Origin: Paragordius varius
Taxonomy: Eukaryota; Animalia; Nematomorpha
NCBI GenBank assembly: GCA_964247055.1
Contig: OZ176054.1
Coordinates: 10,788,001 to 10,852,000 of the forward strand
DNA: 64,000 bases
Direction of reading: 5' to 3'
Shown here piece by piece: positions 38,499 to 53,300 of the stretch. The position numbers and the translations under genes are program-made. The notes beneath the pieces are model-generated. The model saw only the letters and a list, made by a program, of their open reading frames with translations, was not told where the DNA came from and ran no database searches. Positions within the stretch are counted from its first letter, which is position 1; every line of letters starts with the position of its first letter.

Positions 38499-41400
38499 CG
38501 ATACCGTCAAAGCATTAAATACATATTGTAATTGTGTTCATAGATATAACATCTGTAGCTTAGACAATTTTTCAACAATTACTGAATATGTAAACAAGTA
38601 TAAGTTTTTTAAAATAAGTTTTTAATTGTAAAAATTTGACAGACAAATTTTGGTCCGATTTATAACGACTCATTTTTTAATAAACCACATTATCAGAGTA
38701 TTCAACTAAAAAAAATATGATATTGTATTAATTTTTTAAAATATACATTAATTCGATATTTAACACTATATGCTTTTTTTACTTTTCATTATTTACAGTG
38801 GCCACAAATAATTTTTTTAAATAACATGTAAGGCCAAAAATATCCATCAGAATATTCAAAAAAATATTACCAGAATTCATATATAAAAAAATGTAAACCG
38901 CAAATTTATCAAATAAAAATGTTAATTAAAACTATACATTTATATTATATAAAGTGTAATTATAGATTTTTAACGGTTTTTGGTAAAAAAGCACATAATT
39001 TGGAGGAAATTTTTTATTTTATTTAAAATATTGTAAATTGGTTTCAAAACATTTCGTATTCTCTGGTAAATTAATGAGGCCATGTCAATAAAAATTGCTT
39101 TAAACAAAAACATTTTGTAGAGCGATCAACGTATTCGAAATTGTTGAAGGGCTGACTAAATTTTTCCCTATTGATGGGTTTTTTATGCATATAACCACAT
39201 GTTAGGAGAGTTTAGCGCTTGTGAAAGAATTGCCGATGATATCAATCAATATGTCATTATTGATGCAAAATAATGTACAAAATCACTTTGCTACCTCTTC
39301 TGGCCCCGGTCGCTTTTTAACTAATGCAGCTATTATCATCTGTTGGCGATAGATAAGACGATTTCATGAGGTTTAAAAGTTGATTTTACAAAATACCGCT
39401 CCTGGCACAAGGATCTGTCTTTCTGCCAAACATTTATCAGATTTTGATGTTTACTTTGCTTTATATTCAGAAAATAATGCCAGTTATCGCATCCTTTTAT
39501 TTCAATGAAAAGATTTATTTAGAACCAGAATTCACAATTTGAAATTTTTATTTGCCGTTCATTTAAATTGTTAACGTGTTGACATGTTTCTCTCATTACT
39601 CGTAGCCATCATGCGATTGTTGTGATACTCTGCCAATGGTGGTTAATGTGCTACACCACAAATAACTCTTTCATCTGGTTATCTTTACAGTGGTAGGGTA
39701 CCAGGTCACATGTATTTATCGATGGAACATGGTGACTATTTCTTTAAAACGCTAACATAATATTCTTTTTCTTCTGATGGCAAGGCGTACAGGTAAGGTT
39801 TTTTTCAGGCAATAAATCAGATAATTAATGAATGATAAAGGCCCTAGTTTTCGCGGACACATACTATGGTTTGTAATTTAATAATGGAGTCTTCAAATTA
39901 ATATATTATAATATATAAAACAATATCTATAAAGTTTATTTGGCCCTGAAAGTCTCAATTTTTGGACCATGGGCTAGTTTTTAAAATAAACGGAACTATC
40001 CAAGATTGCCAGGCTAATTACTTTTAAGAGTAACCGTTGCTATAAATTTAAATTGGCAAATATTGTTGCGTATTTTATGGTTATGTCATATTTATGCAAA
40101 ATGGTAAAGTTCAATAAAATCCGATGATGGTGAAGTCTATTACCTTAGAATATTTAAAGATTTGTTAACTTAAAATTTATCTGTACAAGCTGACATAAAG
40201 TGTATTTATATTATAAATAGCATAAAATACGCTTCGGCAATCGCCAAAATGTAAATTTTAAAAGCAAATTATGCAATTTTTCGAAATTACTCACAACTTT
40301 AAATTTTTCATAAAAAATATCTCCAAAGATTTTTGATGACACAAAATTTTTGGTTTGATATTTACCAAAAAAGTGCTAAAAATGTTGTGTGCTAATTTTG
40401 TTGTTATCGATATTACCTCGTACCCCAAAAAATAATTTAATCACTTTTTACCAAAAGTAGATACATTTGGGTATCAGATTATATTTTTTTATTAGGATAC
40501 ATTTTGTGACTTTTGATTTTTGAATGTGTGCACTATCCATACAGAAGTCACTGTCACTTATCGAAATATTTTTCAGATTAATGTCTACAAATAAATTTTA
40601 TAACATAACATAATCCATCTTTCATATTTTACAACAATCATATTTTTTACCATTATAAACTCTCAACTCCTTTTTATTCCCCTTTACAAGTTAGTGGATT
40701 TTTTAATTATTGAATATTCTAGTTCAAAAATACTCATTATTAGGTGTGAGTTTTTGACCGTTCCTAATAATATAATTAATGCACTCATTCATGGTTATAA
40801 ACAGTCATGACTAATATCTATTGTGATTATACTCAAATCTGTGGTTAACCGTTAAAATTAGTTTTAATATTAAAAATCATAAAATTTTTTAAAAAAATTT
40901 AAATTTTTTTTCAGCAAAATTTAGTATTATACATTTCGTTGCAATTTTAATCACTGAGACAGTGTTTAAAGAGTGTAAACTAATTTTATCCCTTATGAAG
41001 AACTCTTACCCATTAAGACACCATAATTACCGCTAAATATATGATAATTTTACATAAAAAGGTGATTTTGGTTTGGGGGAATGTCTACACAATGTTCAAT
41101 GTAAATTGATGGATTTCTGATATTTATGCCAAAAATCTTAATTAACTAAATTGATAGCCATTTCATTTTTTTAATTTTATAATATGATTATATATACAGA
41201 TTAAAAAATCAAACAAATGAATTAATCATTTTATTGAAACCATTCATCATAATTCTGATATAACAGTTAATCGATTGATAAATCAATTAACTAAAATCAA
41301 GTTTAGTGACATTTATAATAAAATACATTTCCAGCTAAATAATTTTTTTTATATTTCTTATTAATGTTTCCTAACTTATGATCTTTAAAGTTCCCATCTG

Positions 41401-41960
41401 ATATAAATAACAATAGGCACTAAAGTTTCTATAAAAAATCTGCCAAGAGGATATTGAAATAAACTAATCCATCTTTATGATTTTTTAGATATTTTACCGA
41501 TGTATACACTAAGAATACTTTAGTATGGTTTACTTAATTTATTGAGTCATGCGATTTATTTAAAGTGGTAGTTTAAATGTGAAACTGTATATATTTCGGT
41601 ACATTTTTTAGCAAAGATTTCATTCTTCTTATTCGAACATTCTCATTAACTTTTTTATCTAAGAAAGGTTTTTTAAATAATACTTTAAAAAATTCTAATT
41701 ATATATATTAAAAATTGTTTAGCCATTTTGAGGAAACTACTAATTATTGTTTTTAGAGAATGATAACTTCATTTATCAGGTTAATAGTATCATATAAATA
41801 TTAAATCTTTATAAAAAGATTATTTGTTGTTATACGACCATTTACAAACAATACGACGCTGACTTATATGCAATAAATACAATGCTGTTTTTAACTTTTT
41901 TGGCGTTTAATACTAAAATAGAAATTTATTGATAGATACCTGAAAATTTTTTAGGCCGTA

Positions 41961-42410
41961 ATGAACTGGCAAACTACTGGATACTCAACTTATCCACCAA
42001 ACTATAATTGGGTGAATTATCCAAATACTCCAGTGAATCAAATGCAACACAATTATTTAGCACAGCAAGGACAACCCATGTTCAATACTAATGCTCCAAA
42101 TATTTCATCTGGTATCCCACCCAATGTCGCCGCCCCAAATCTATATTATTACACAAACAATCCATACAATCAAAACGTGATACCGTCAATAACAACTCAA
42201 CCAGCATGCAACAATTATATAACGACACCCGTCAATTATTCTGACGCCAGCAATCAACTGAGATTAAGTATAAATGCAGCGGAAACAGCTGTGTTAGAGG
42301 CCTGCAAAGCACGGAAAGATTTTCCTTTCCTGTCACAAAGCACTTTATTCAACATGTGCATCGATATCTATGAAAATATGGTTAAAAACTCGATACCAAA
42401 TGTGTTTTAA
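41961..42410 (+). CDS. Hypothetical protein: Asn/Gln/Tyr/Pro-rich low-complexity N-terminus plus short helical C-terminal domain
   Basis: 149-aa ORF with elevated GC and coherent composition, preceded by the acceptor-like TTTTAG-GCCGTA. Confidence 0.7.
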   Translation: MNWQTTGYSTYPPNYNWVNYPNTPVNQMQHNYLAQQGQPMFNTNAPNISSGIPPNVAAPNLYYYTNNPYNQNVIPSITTQPACNNYITTPVNYSDASNQLRLSINAAETAVLEACKARKDFPFLSQSTLFNMCIDIYENMVKNSIPNVF

Positions 42411-42568
42411 ATATACGTCATTTCTTCATCCTCACCATCATGTGATATAATTTCGTTATTTTCGACTTTATTAAATGATTTCTTTAAAAAACAATATGTT
42501 ATAGTATCAGCAATTTACAACACCATTATAATAATCTAAACTATTCAAGTAATTTTAGACATGTAATA

Positions 42569-42747
42569 TACAGTGTGCATTTTAATGGTTGCTTGTTTCA
42601 CATTATAGTTAGGCAATTTGCAACACAGGAGTTTATAAAAAGAAAGGAACTAAATGTATATTCATTTTGTTGTTTTTTCCTTACATTAATGTGTTGCAAA
42701 TAGCCCAATTATAGTGTGAAATAAGCAAACATTAAAAGCATACTGTA
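42569..42747. mobile_element. Degenerate Tc1/mariner-like MITE
   Basis: TA-CAGT..ACTG-TA termini with imperfect ~55-bp inverted repeats (..TTTGCAACACA / TGTGTTGCAAA..). Confidence 0.65.
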
Positions 42748-43387
42748 ATACAGCTTTGTAAATTCACTATAATTCCGAAACTTATCAAGGCAAAGATTAT
42801 ATGTTAACTAAAGTAAGGTTTACATTAAGGTGGTCTAACACGCTTTTTTAGGTATAAAATGTGCTCGGAAAATGTTAAAAAATAAAAAATTGGATATCAA
42901 TAAAAAGTTAACGCATATCATCCGAAATTGGGCTAAAAAAATAAAAAATACAAACAAAGATTGTTGTATTAAACACAACTGGTTTAAATGTAACTGCTCA
43001 AAATAATATTAGTGACAACCCGTTGAGCTGTGTAATAAGCTCAATATCCAAACTCTGAAGAAAAAGTAAAGTAAAACACTATAAAATAGTATGGTAAACT
43101 CGATTGCTGTATTTCGTAAACAACTAAATTATTTTATGTTAACAAAAATCCATGCATATTTAATAATAAAACGGAAAAACCACGATTGCACAGGTCAAAT
43201 TTTTATTACGTATAAATGGTTGAAATCAAATATGAATATAAATTTGAAAATGCTATACAATCAAATTAAAAATCGCATTTATTATTATTATAAATACTTA
43301 AGGAATACTAAGGTAATAAAGTTACAATGGCGGTATTAATATTCACAAAATTTTACAAAACACTTTTGTATATAAATATGGGCACGC

Positions 43388-43422
<35 letters not shown>

Positions 43423-43809
43423 TACAATTTTGGGATTTTATATTAATTTGTTGTATTAAATAACTTTATATTGACATAACCGGTTAACTTTATATAATAG
43501 ACTATTTCAATATACATCCAAAATATATTATGGTTTTATATTATATATAGCTTTTAGAGATAATATTGTCATTTAAAACTATTTAGATATTATAATATAT
43601 CTGATAAGTTGATAAGTTATATATGAATAAACGTGAGAAAAAAAAATCAAAGAAAGAGATCAAGGATTGCGATTGAATAGTAGTTTTGGGATTAAATGTA
43701 TGTTACATTGAATATATTATATCAATGTCAGATGACTTGCGTAAAGATAGATGAAAATGCATTGTTGTTTCTCCAAATATGTTAAAATATTATATGATGT
43801 TTCTATGCA

Positions 43810-44060
43810 TACCATTTACAATTCAAAAATAACCCTAAAAATAAATTATGTGTTTTTGGGCATTAACATAACTAACTCATCATTAATGTGAAATATATCT
43901 TTATGATGGCTTTTAGTTTATTATTTTTCCTGTTATATTTAAATTTTAAACAAAATTTGATTTTTCAAAAAATATAAATAAAAATAGGTAAATTTTAATC
44001 TTACAAAAACACAAAATTTAGTTTAGGGTGAATATGAATTTTACAAGGGTGAGTTTAAAG
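43810..44060 (+). mobile_element. TA-MITE copy, right end truncated
   Basis: TACCATTTACAATTCAAA start, CCCTAAAAATAAATTATGTGTTTTTGGG core and TAGGGTGAAT repeats. Confidence 0.72.
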
Positions 44061-44118
44061 TGTGATCGTTTCATAAGCATAATATACCCATATGAAATCC
44101 GCTTTGCCAGAAGCAGGC

Positions 44119-46479
44119 TCAAACATCTATAAAAATGTTAAAAATAAATATATTTACAAGTGATAGATTATAAATATTTTGGATATGAAATATTAATCAA
44201 AATTATACCATCCAAAGAAATAATAAAAGAATTAGTTTTATTCTCCCTTTCGAATTCTCGGATACGAAACGTCAAATGTTCATTATCTTGTTGCAATAAA
44301 TCTAAACGGCGTTTCATGAGATCCATTTCTTCCAGCTATGAAAAAAAGAATGTTTTATTTATTACTAAAAGAGCGCGGTTTAAATCACTCTTAACCCGTA
44401 ATGTTAAAAAACGAATAATTAAAGGTAAACCATTTGCGCTACAAATAGTACTCTTTCTAGTTTCTTTTTTAAAATATTCGATTTATAAAAGGCTCAAATT
44501 CATCGAATAATTAGGTTTAAATACTGTTAGATGGTTTAAATCTATAATCGCTTTTTGGCTAATTTATGGGAACGCTGTAAATTTAAATAATTTATTGTAG
44601 GCAGGGGAAGGGGGGCTGTGTGCAATAAAACGTATCATATACATACAATTAAATAATTTCACCATAATATAATATAACTATGGTTTTGTTTAACGAAAAA
44701 AAACATTTAATACATTGTTTCGAACATGTTATTTATATTGTGTTTTTGGATTTTACATCGTGAAAGCTATTTACTAATGTATAATATTTATATTATATTA
44801 TAACATATAATTTCTAAACTAAGCTCCCGAAACTCTTATTACCTTTTGGGTCAATATTTCAACTTGGGTATTTAGGGAACGAATCTCAGAGTTTTTACAT
44901 TGGATTAAATCATTCAGATTGATAAACTCTGTCTCCAGTTCCATTTCCTGAATGTATATAAATGAAAATTTATAAAATTAATTATAATTGTGCATTATTA
45001 AACTTATTTTTTTTCTTAAACCCCTATTTTCTTTTTTATAGTCTGCTTTTTAGATAAAGTGAGAAGCCATACTTTTTTAAACTTGAATTTTTCAAGTATA
45101 ACTTATTAAATTGCAAAACATGAAGTAAAAATGTAAATTGAAAATATTAATCAATTATATATTTTATATTTGCAATAAAATGATAATAACAGCATAATTG
45201 CCTTTTACAGTCGTAATTAAAAGATATTTTCGAAAAAGAATTAATTTTTATTGGAACCATTTATTTAGATAAGAGATGTTAGATTTTTTAAACATATGTG
45301 TTCAACGAATAGTAAATTAAAATATAAAATAGTAAGTGATACTACAAAAAATATGATTATCTTTAAAGTAATTATTTAAGAAAACCATAATTATTAAAAT
45401 AAAATTGATGTTACAATTATTGTAATTACCTTTTTAACCAATATATCATTCTTCATCTTGTAGGTTAATACTTGTGCCCGTAAATCGTTACATGTGTTAA
45501 TCGCCTCATTTTTTTCTGTATAAAAAATAATGTTACTTCAATGAAAGCTTTTCATATTACAGAATGCATTTAGGCCAATTGTAACAATATTGTATTTCAA
45601 AAAACAAAATGTTGAATAAAAATTATTTCTATTTCAATTATAATTCAGCTAAAATTATATGAATTTATTGGGTGAATTTTGGATTACTACTAGTAATCTT
45701 TGTCAAACCTAAAAAATAAAATTAAAATATAAACTAAGAATTAAAGTATAAAGTAAAAATATTTAATGAGATATGAAACTAAAAAAACATGTGTGTAATG
45801 TTATTAAGAAAAAAATTTGTAATGTTATTTATACTGTTGAGATCTTTCTTTCTGTTCATTATATTTTCTTCTTTTATATAAAAACTTTCTTTCATGACAA
45901 CTTCGGTATCCCAGTTTATTTTATGTTTGCGTTTAACGGCATGATATGCCAAAGCCGAATCATTTGTTTTATTCTTGTTAACTGCCGTTTTATGTTCTTT
46001 TATCCGAACATCTAGTCCTCTTTTTGTTTGTCCTATGTATACACTGTGGCAGTCTTGAAATTTAACATACAGTTAACATAAACAAATGATTCGGCTTTGG
46101 CATATCATGCCTTTAACTGTAAACATAAAATAAACTGGGATGCCGAAGTTGTCATTAAAGGAAAGTTTTTATATAAACTAAGAAAAAAATATAATGAACA
46201 GAAAAAATCTCAACAATATAATTATCTTTACAAACTTTTTTCTTTTTTAGTTTTATATCTCATTAAATAATTTTACTTTACATTAGTTAATTAATATTTT
46301 TTACGTTTGACAAAGTTTACTAGTAGTAATCGAAAATTCACCCAATAAAATATAATTTTAACTGAATTATACTTGCAAAAGATATATTTGATTCAACATT
46401 TTGTTGTTTTTTTCGATACACTATTATAATTGCCCTTAGTTTGAAAAAAGCAACCATCAAAATGCATATTGCAAATGAT

Positions 46480-46527
<48 letters not shown>

Positions 46528-47271
46528 CAATTGTTAGTTTTCGATAATATGTAAAACATTTATAAACCGACTATGCCTCCTTGTAAAAAAACGCAACTAA
46601 TAAAAATATACCCAAAGTAATTAAAAATTTACATTAAATTGATTTTTTAAAAATATAGGGGTGAGACAATAAGTTGTGTATTAAATTTTAATAGGTGCGC
46701 CTAATTATAACTAATTATATGCTTCAAAAATTGTTTATGATTACCAAAATTTATTTTTCTAATGCAAACCAAACGGGCCCAGCTTTTTACGGATAATAAT
46801 GTTAAATAAAAATATAAATTATTTCCATGATGTAACTTTGTATCCATTAAATATTGTTCAAAAAAATTATCTGTTTAATTTCATGGCGAATATGAGGATA
46901 TAAGATAGATAATAAAAATCCCCCGTTTTCAGGCAATTTTTTGTTTGAAATGATATTATTAATATCATACCGTTTGCGATTAATTCGTTCAAGCGTTCTG
47001 ATTCTGAAATTTGATTTTGAAGTGAAGTAGTTTCTGCTTTATATGTATCATTATTGAGTTCTTCAAACTAAATATATGTGGATATATATATATATATTAA
47101 TCAGGGTTTAGAACCGGCTCAAAAAAAGTGAAACCGGAACCGCGTTGGTTCTTAAGAATTTAAAAATAAAACAGGGCGGTTCCTGAAATTTCGGAATCGA
47201 AGTGGTTGGTGAAGTTATCCTAAAGGAACCGGTTCTTATTAAAATCCCAGGAACAGGGTTCCGGTTCCAAG

Positions 47272-47305
<34 letters not shown>

Positions 47306-50300
47306 AAGGCAAACAAGGAAAAATGATATTTAAAAAAAACAAAAAAAAGGATTATAAAATAAAAAAATTTTATTTGTGTGAGTTTATTTATTTTGATTAG
47401 ATATCATTCATTTTCTCAAAACTACATATAATTAAAATAAAATAAAAAATTATTCGCAATTTCAATTGCATTGTGGCTGAGCAGATGAAGCAGCAAAAAT
47501 TTTGAAAGTGCCTCATTTCAAATTTTCGTGAAACAATAAAATGTTTCAAAAACCTTCTTTAATAAATATATCATAATGAAATTTTAAACAAAATTGTTAT
47601 ACATTTGCCCACACCAATATATTTTCCAATAATCAATTAATAACCCGCCTAACAAAATTCTAGCCAGTTAATACCGCAAATATATTTTTTAACGAAACAA
47701 AAATTAAGAAATAAACCAAAAATTCGCTAAACAATAACCGGTAAGCACCAAACTAAGTTTCAATGCAAACAAAAAAATTGGTTTAATATTAATTTCTTTC
47801 TTCCATTATGTAAAGTGCCAGTCTACAAATTTACACTTTAAAGCAGCACGCCGCAGAGACTTTATGTGCGGGGCGGAAAAATTTTGGAATTGTTATAATT
47901 TGCAAAATATGCATACGAAATCTTGATAAAATTAATATTTCTTAAAAATAGGCGATTTAATTGGCAAAAAGTATAAAAAATTGCTATACTGTATTTGTAT
48001 TTAACAGTCATATGTTTAATTTCTAATAAAATATCGTCTAAAATATGTGGCGCGCCCGATGTTTTGACCCTAAACGCTTCTTACTATTTATTCAAAAAAA
48101 AGTTATTAAATGATTTTGATATTATTAAATGCTAAAAAACTAATCTAATAAAATTATGTTTACAGTTTATTCTCATCACACTTAACAAAATCCGATTAGG
48201 TCAAATGTAAAAAACGAAAACTTATTTTGTTCAAAAATACCATAAATTATGAATAAGGCAAAAAATGGGCTTTCATACAATAAGTATGTCTTAATTTTAA
48301 ATTTAATTCAAAGTTAATAAATACAAATTTAGATAACATTTATATAATATATAGATGCCTTTTACAAACATAAAGACAATTTCGAAATTTTAATCTTACA
48401 GTATCAAAAAAAAATGATATAACATACCTGACATCGTAAATTAGTTTCAACATTTTGCGACAACTTGAGTTGATTATGTAACCAATTGTTTTGATGCGTT
48501 AATTCTGTGATAATATTTTTGCTTGTAGTATTCTAAGCATATAAAAAATAGATATATATAAATTATATGATGTGAAACTTCATTTATGATTTATAAATTG
48601 TTAAAAATAATTATTTTTTTAAATTATTATATTACAATGGCTTCTAATTCAGCGCATTTTTCAGTGAACAAGGATGTACGATTTTGCAGAATACGTTTAA
48701 CATGTTCAAATTTTATGACTGTTTTGCGGTATTGTTCTTCAATATCTATTAATATTATCATTATAGGATATTAGAAAAAAGTTATAAAAATGTCCAAGTA
48801 ATCAAGTCTAAATAAAAATGAATTTATACTAGTAAATTACACAGTAAGAATTCATATTATATTATAGAACGTAAATATTTATATATACAAATATATTTTG
48901 ACTAAAAGAAAACCACCATAATCCTTTATAAAATATTTATTTAATTAAAATAGTAAAATATATGTAATTAATTATACCAATTTACATTACTATTTCATAA
49001 CTTACTTTAAAACATGAGTTATAACATTTAAAATACTCAAGATATAAAGAGTATGGATGGTTGCATATATTTAGAAAAAAAATATTTGTCTTTACATTAG
49101 CACGTTTTGACCGTATAATTTCAAATTTTACTGTAATACAGTGGGATAGTATATAAATAAAATATTCTGTGCACATACCAATCAACATTGATTCATCATT
49201 AAAATTATGCAGTTATTAATTGATCATTTTCAACTTAATTCTAAAAACATTTAATCGATAAAAATGTACAATGATATAATGTTATATATCAGAATTTAAG
49301 CCTTTATTAAATAAATCACATATAATAAAAATAATTTTACAAAAAGATGTCACCAAGTCAATTGGCACGCTTTTAAATTTTAAATTTCATGGCACCAACA
49401 AACTGCTCCGTTAATAACACAAATATAGAATAGAATAAAGATTAAATAATATAACATTCCCGTATTGTTGTTATTATCATTTAAAAAAGAGTGTCGAGTC
49501 ACTCTAAACCCAATAAGGTGAAACATTCAAATAATACAAAAGCCTTGAGAAATTAAATACATATATGGTAATAGCAAAATACGGGAAACATTGAAAAACA
49601 AAACATGTTAAATACCAACTATAAATGTCATTCATGGGACTCAGAAATTTAAAAGATTTGAAATTTTTTCTAGCTATAGCAAGATGACACGGAACAACAT
49701 TGTTTTAAAAATAATGTGTTCTTGCAAAGTTATAACATATCATTCATTCATTACATTAAAATAAATTATATGTTTTACCATATCTAAACAACTTGAAAAA
49801 CTTATAAAATTCTTTAGCCCTAAAATGAATTCCAAATTGACATGGTATAAAAGGCACAAGCACTAATTTAAAATAAAAAAAGCTATTTCTTTAATAAACA
49901 TGAAACTAAAAATCCCGAATCAATGTCACAATAATTTGAAAACCGAGATTTCATAAAACGATAAAAACCCATTTACAATACACAGTTATTACCATTTAGA
50001 GTAAAAATTGAAGTTTTACGGATAAAACGTAAAAATATAAATGCAAATATTTTTTTCTATAAGCAAAACCATACTCTTTAAATAAAACGGTCATTTTTCT
50101 TATATAAGCTATTTAGTTACAACAATTACAAAATAGAGAATTGATTGTGTTAATAATAAATATATATATCTCTATTTCACACTTTGCCATACAAAACAAT
50201 GATAGTTATATTGAAATAAATTAAAATTTTAAAAGTATAGGTTATCTTTTAGTTTGTCTTTACGTTTTATCCGTATAATTTCAGTCAGTTTTTACTGTAA

Positions 50301-53300
50301 TATATATGTCAGTCTGTATAATATACCAACCGGATTCCGAACATGGCATGGGTTGATGTTCAGCGTAAGCCGAATCAGCCATTGAAGTACCCGATTCACT
50401 GTTATACCGTTTGGGTATGATGACAAAATCATTGCTGTAATTTATGTGTCGCCCTATGTCACAATAACCATCCTTATCAAGTGAATTATCGAAATCAACG
50501 CTAAATTCTTCATTTAGGGGTAATTTCACGCCACAATGTTTTAAAAGGTAGCTTGGATTGTTTATGGATGATTGTAAAGTATTGGCATTATATATATTCT
50601 TAATGGATGTATCTTGACTAGTATGGTATGAGGTTTTCTGTTGGTTATCAATACTCGATACATTGGGTATAACCTTTGAAAATAAAAAGTTTATAATATA
50701 TTATAAGTGTTTTTAGTGCAATAATTATACTTTTAAATTCCTAAATGAATATACCTACCATAGATTTGAATTATAGTCGTATTCGGAACAGGAACTGCGG
50801 TTTTAAAAGGATCAAAAAAAATTATTTAAAATATCGAGATTTACGTTAATTTCGTTATGTTAACCTATATTGGTATATAGAATATGTTTTTCAAATTACT
50901 CATATATTTTTTAGCTATTTAATGACATTGAATAATTATAATATCTAATAGAATGACCTATAAATTGTAAAAAAAAAATCCAACAGAAATTATAACCATT
51001 TAAAAAAAATGGAATTGGAGTAATACTTAGCTAAAAATATTATGTACAACAAAAACATAAAGATTATTTAGAAAGCAAAAACGTTTCCAATTCCAAACCT
51101 TAATATACCTACAGAAGAAAAAATCATTAAACTTTACTTATGCATATAACGAAATTTACCTCCTTTTTATAGAAATGCTAAAATAAAGAGAAGAGAATTG
51201 TTAAAAACTACACTATGGGCAATAAAAAATGGAAAATTAATTTAAAGATTGATGCAGATTTGTAACGGCCTGGGATAATCATGACCATAGAAATGTTAGC
51301 TAGTTTAACAATTTTATAGGATATTTAAAATGGTCATTAAAAAATTATTAATTTGTTGAACTTTAATAGAAATATCATATTTTTTAAGGTATTCTTATTG
51401 GGTCAATTCTAAGGAAAGATTTCAAAGTGTGATGTGGCTTTTAATCCCATTTATTTTTAAACATGGATGAAATACCATTTAACACCATAAAACAACATCT
51501 TTACTTATAATATTTTTTATATAATTTCTAAGGTAACCATTTATCCAATAATAGCAAAAAAACATATTAATAATACAAATAATCGTAATTGCACCCTTAT
51601 TTTATGATATTACCCTATAATAACCAGGTCTGACTGATATTTAGGCGTAAAAAATCCCAACCTTAATCAATGTAGGGAGAAATTTTAAAATGAATTATAT
51701 TCAAAAAAAAAGAATCTACCAGATCTGATTGCACTCATTTTAAGGCAAAAAAATTTTATGCAATATAAACCTTTGATATAATTTTTCGGTTTCGGAGGGT
51801 GATTGTGTTTGCTACAAATTCCGAGGGCTTCCTAAGACTCACATAATTTTTAGCAGCTACATACATTATACATAAATAAAATATACAATATTTTTAGTCA
51901 AAAGCAACACTTTTGACAAGCAAACGCAACATTTTTTCAAGCAAAGACAACATTTTTTTGAGGCAAATGCAACACTTTTTTTCCGGCAAGGAATTTAAAA
52001 TGTTGCGTTTGTGTGAAAAAATATTGCATTTGCTTAAAAGAATATTGTGTTTGTTTGAAAAAGTGTTGTGTTGAATTGAAAAAATGTTGCTTTTGATTGA
52101 AAAACCGTAAATTTAAGCTTGGCAAAAACTGATAAATAATTTTTTGACCTAAGACTCACATAATTTTTAGCAGCTACATACATTATACATAAATAAAATA
52201 TACAATATTTGTAGTCAAAAGCAACATTTTTTAAGCAAATGTAACATTTCTTTCAAGTAAAAGCAAATTTTTTTCAAGCAAACGCAACATTTTTTTCAAG
52301 CAAACACAACACTGTTTCAAGCAAGGAATTAAAAATGTTGCGTTTGTATGAAAAAGAATATTGCGTTTGCTTGAAAAACTGTTGTGTTTGATTAAAAAAT
52401 GGTATATTTAAGTTTTGCAAAAACTGATATAAATAGTTTATTAAATTGACAAAAAAATTTTTATTTAAAAATCATAATTTAAATACTAACTTTTGGGCGT
52501 TTGTAGGGATAATGTAGGCCGTAAAGTTTCTCTCTAAAAAATATACAGTTTTCTATAATTCTTATAATTATAACTATATTCATAAAACAAAGGAAAAAGA
52601 CACATAAATTAGATAAATGTTTCATATTAAAATTTAAATGGCAAAAATACAAGATTGAAATAAATAACATCTTAAATTCACTGAAGGTTTGACAAATTTT
52701 CTAAACGCATTCATGATAAATGTATATTTTTAATTTATTGATTAAACAGTACAGTGTGCAAAAAATTTACGATAATATTTTTTCCTGAAATAATTATCTT
52801 ATGACCTGTGTATTCATATCAGAAAATTTTTTATAGAGAGACGGCTTAATTTTTCTGATAACTTATTAAAACGGTCATTACTTAATATTATAATTAAAAT
52901 CAGGGGTCTTTAACCCATAAGCCACATTCGGCCCTCTAAAACATTTTTGCTGCCCGCATGAGAAAATTCCAATACAAAATTTAAGTAAAATCTTAGTAAA
53001 ATTAATTTTCTCAAATAAATTTTATAAATCTTTTCCCTAATTTTGGCAATAAAGTAGCAAAATTCCTTAGTATAAATAGTAGTTTTTACAGTTTTTCTTT
53101 TTGAATTCTAATCAAATATTTGTTGATTCCCCCATATGTAATTGCGAATGTGGCCCGCGAAACCATATGTGTTGAACAATCCCTGGTTTATATATATACC
53201 TTTTAAACTTCAAATTCACCCTTAAATATTTTAAATACACTCCTAAAAATAAATTGTGTGTTTCCCGTGCTAATCTAACTCATTATTGAAATGAAATATG

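Noticed and set aside
39080-39800. GC-elevated, coding-like segment with faint kinase- or integrase-like words
   Set aside because: All six frames have multiple stops and no motif is convincing. It is probably a decayed transposon and needs tBLASTx.
44160-44510. Plus-strand 116-aa ORF (also 48586-48774, 54489-54803, 60096-60658, 36712-37090, 37577-38149)
   Set aside because: These are antisense to well-supported minus-strand exons.
51895-52420. Short regularly spaced repeats resembling a CRISPR array
   Set aside because: There are no unique spacers, the repeats invert midway, the context is eukaryotic and there are no cas genes.
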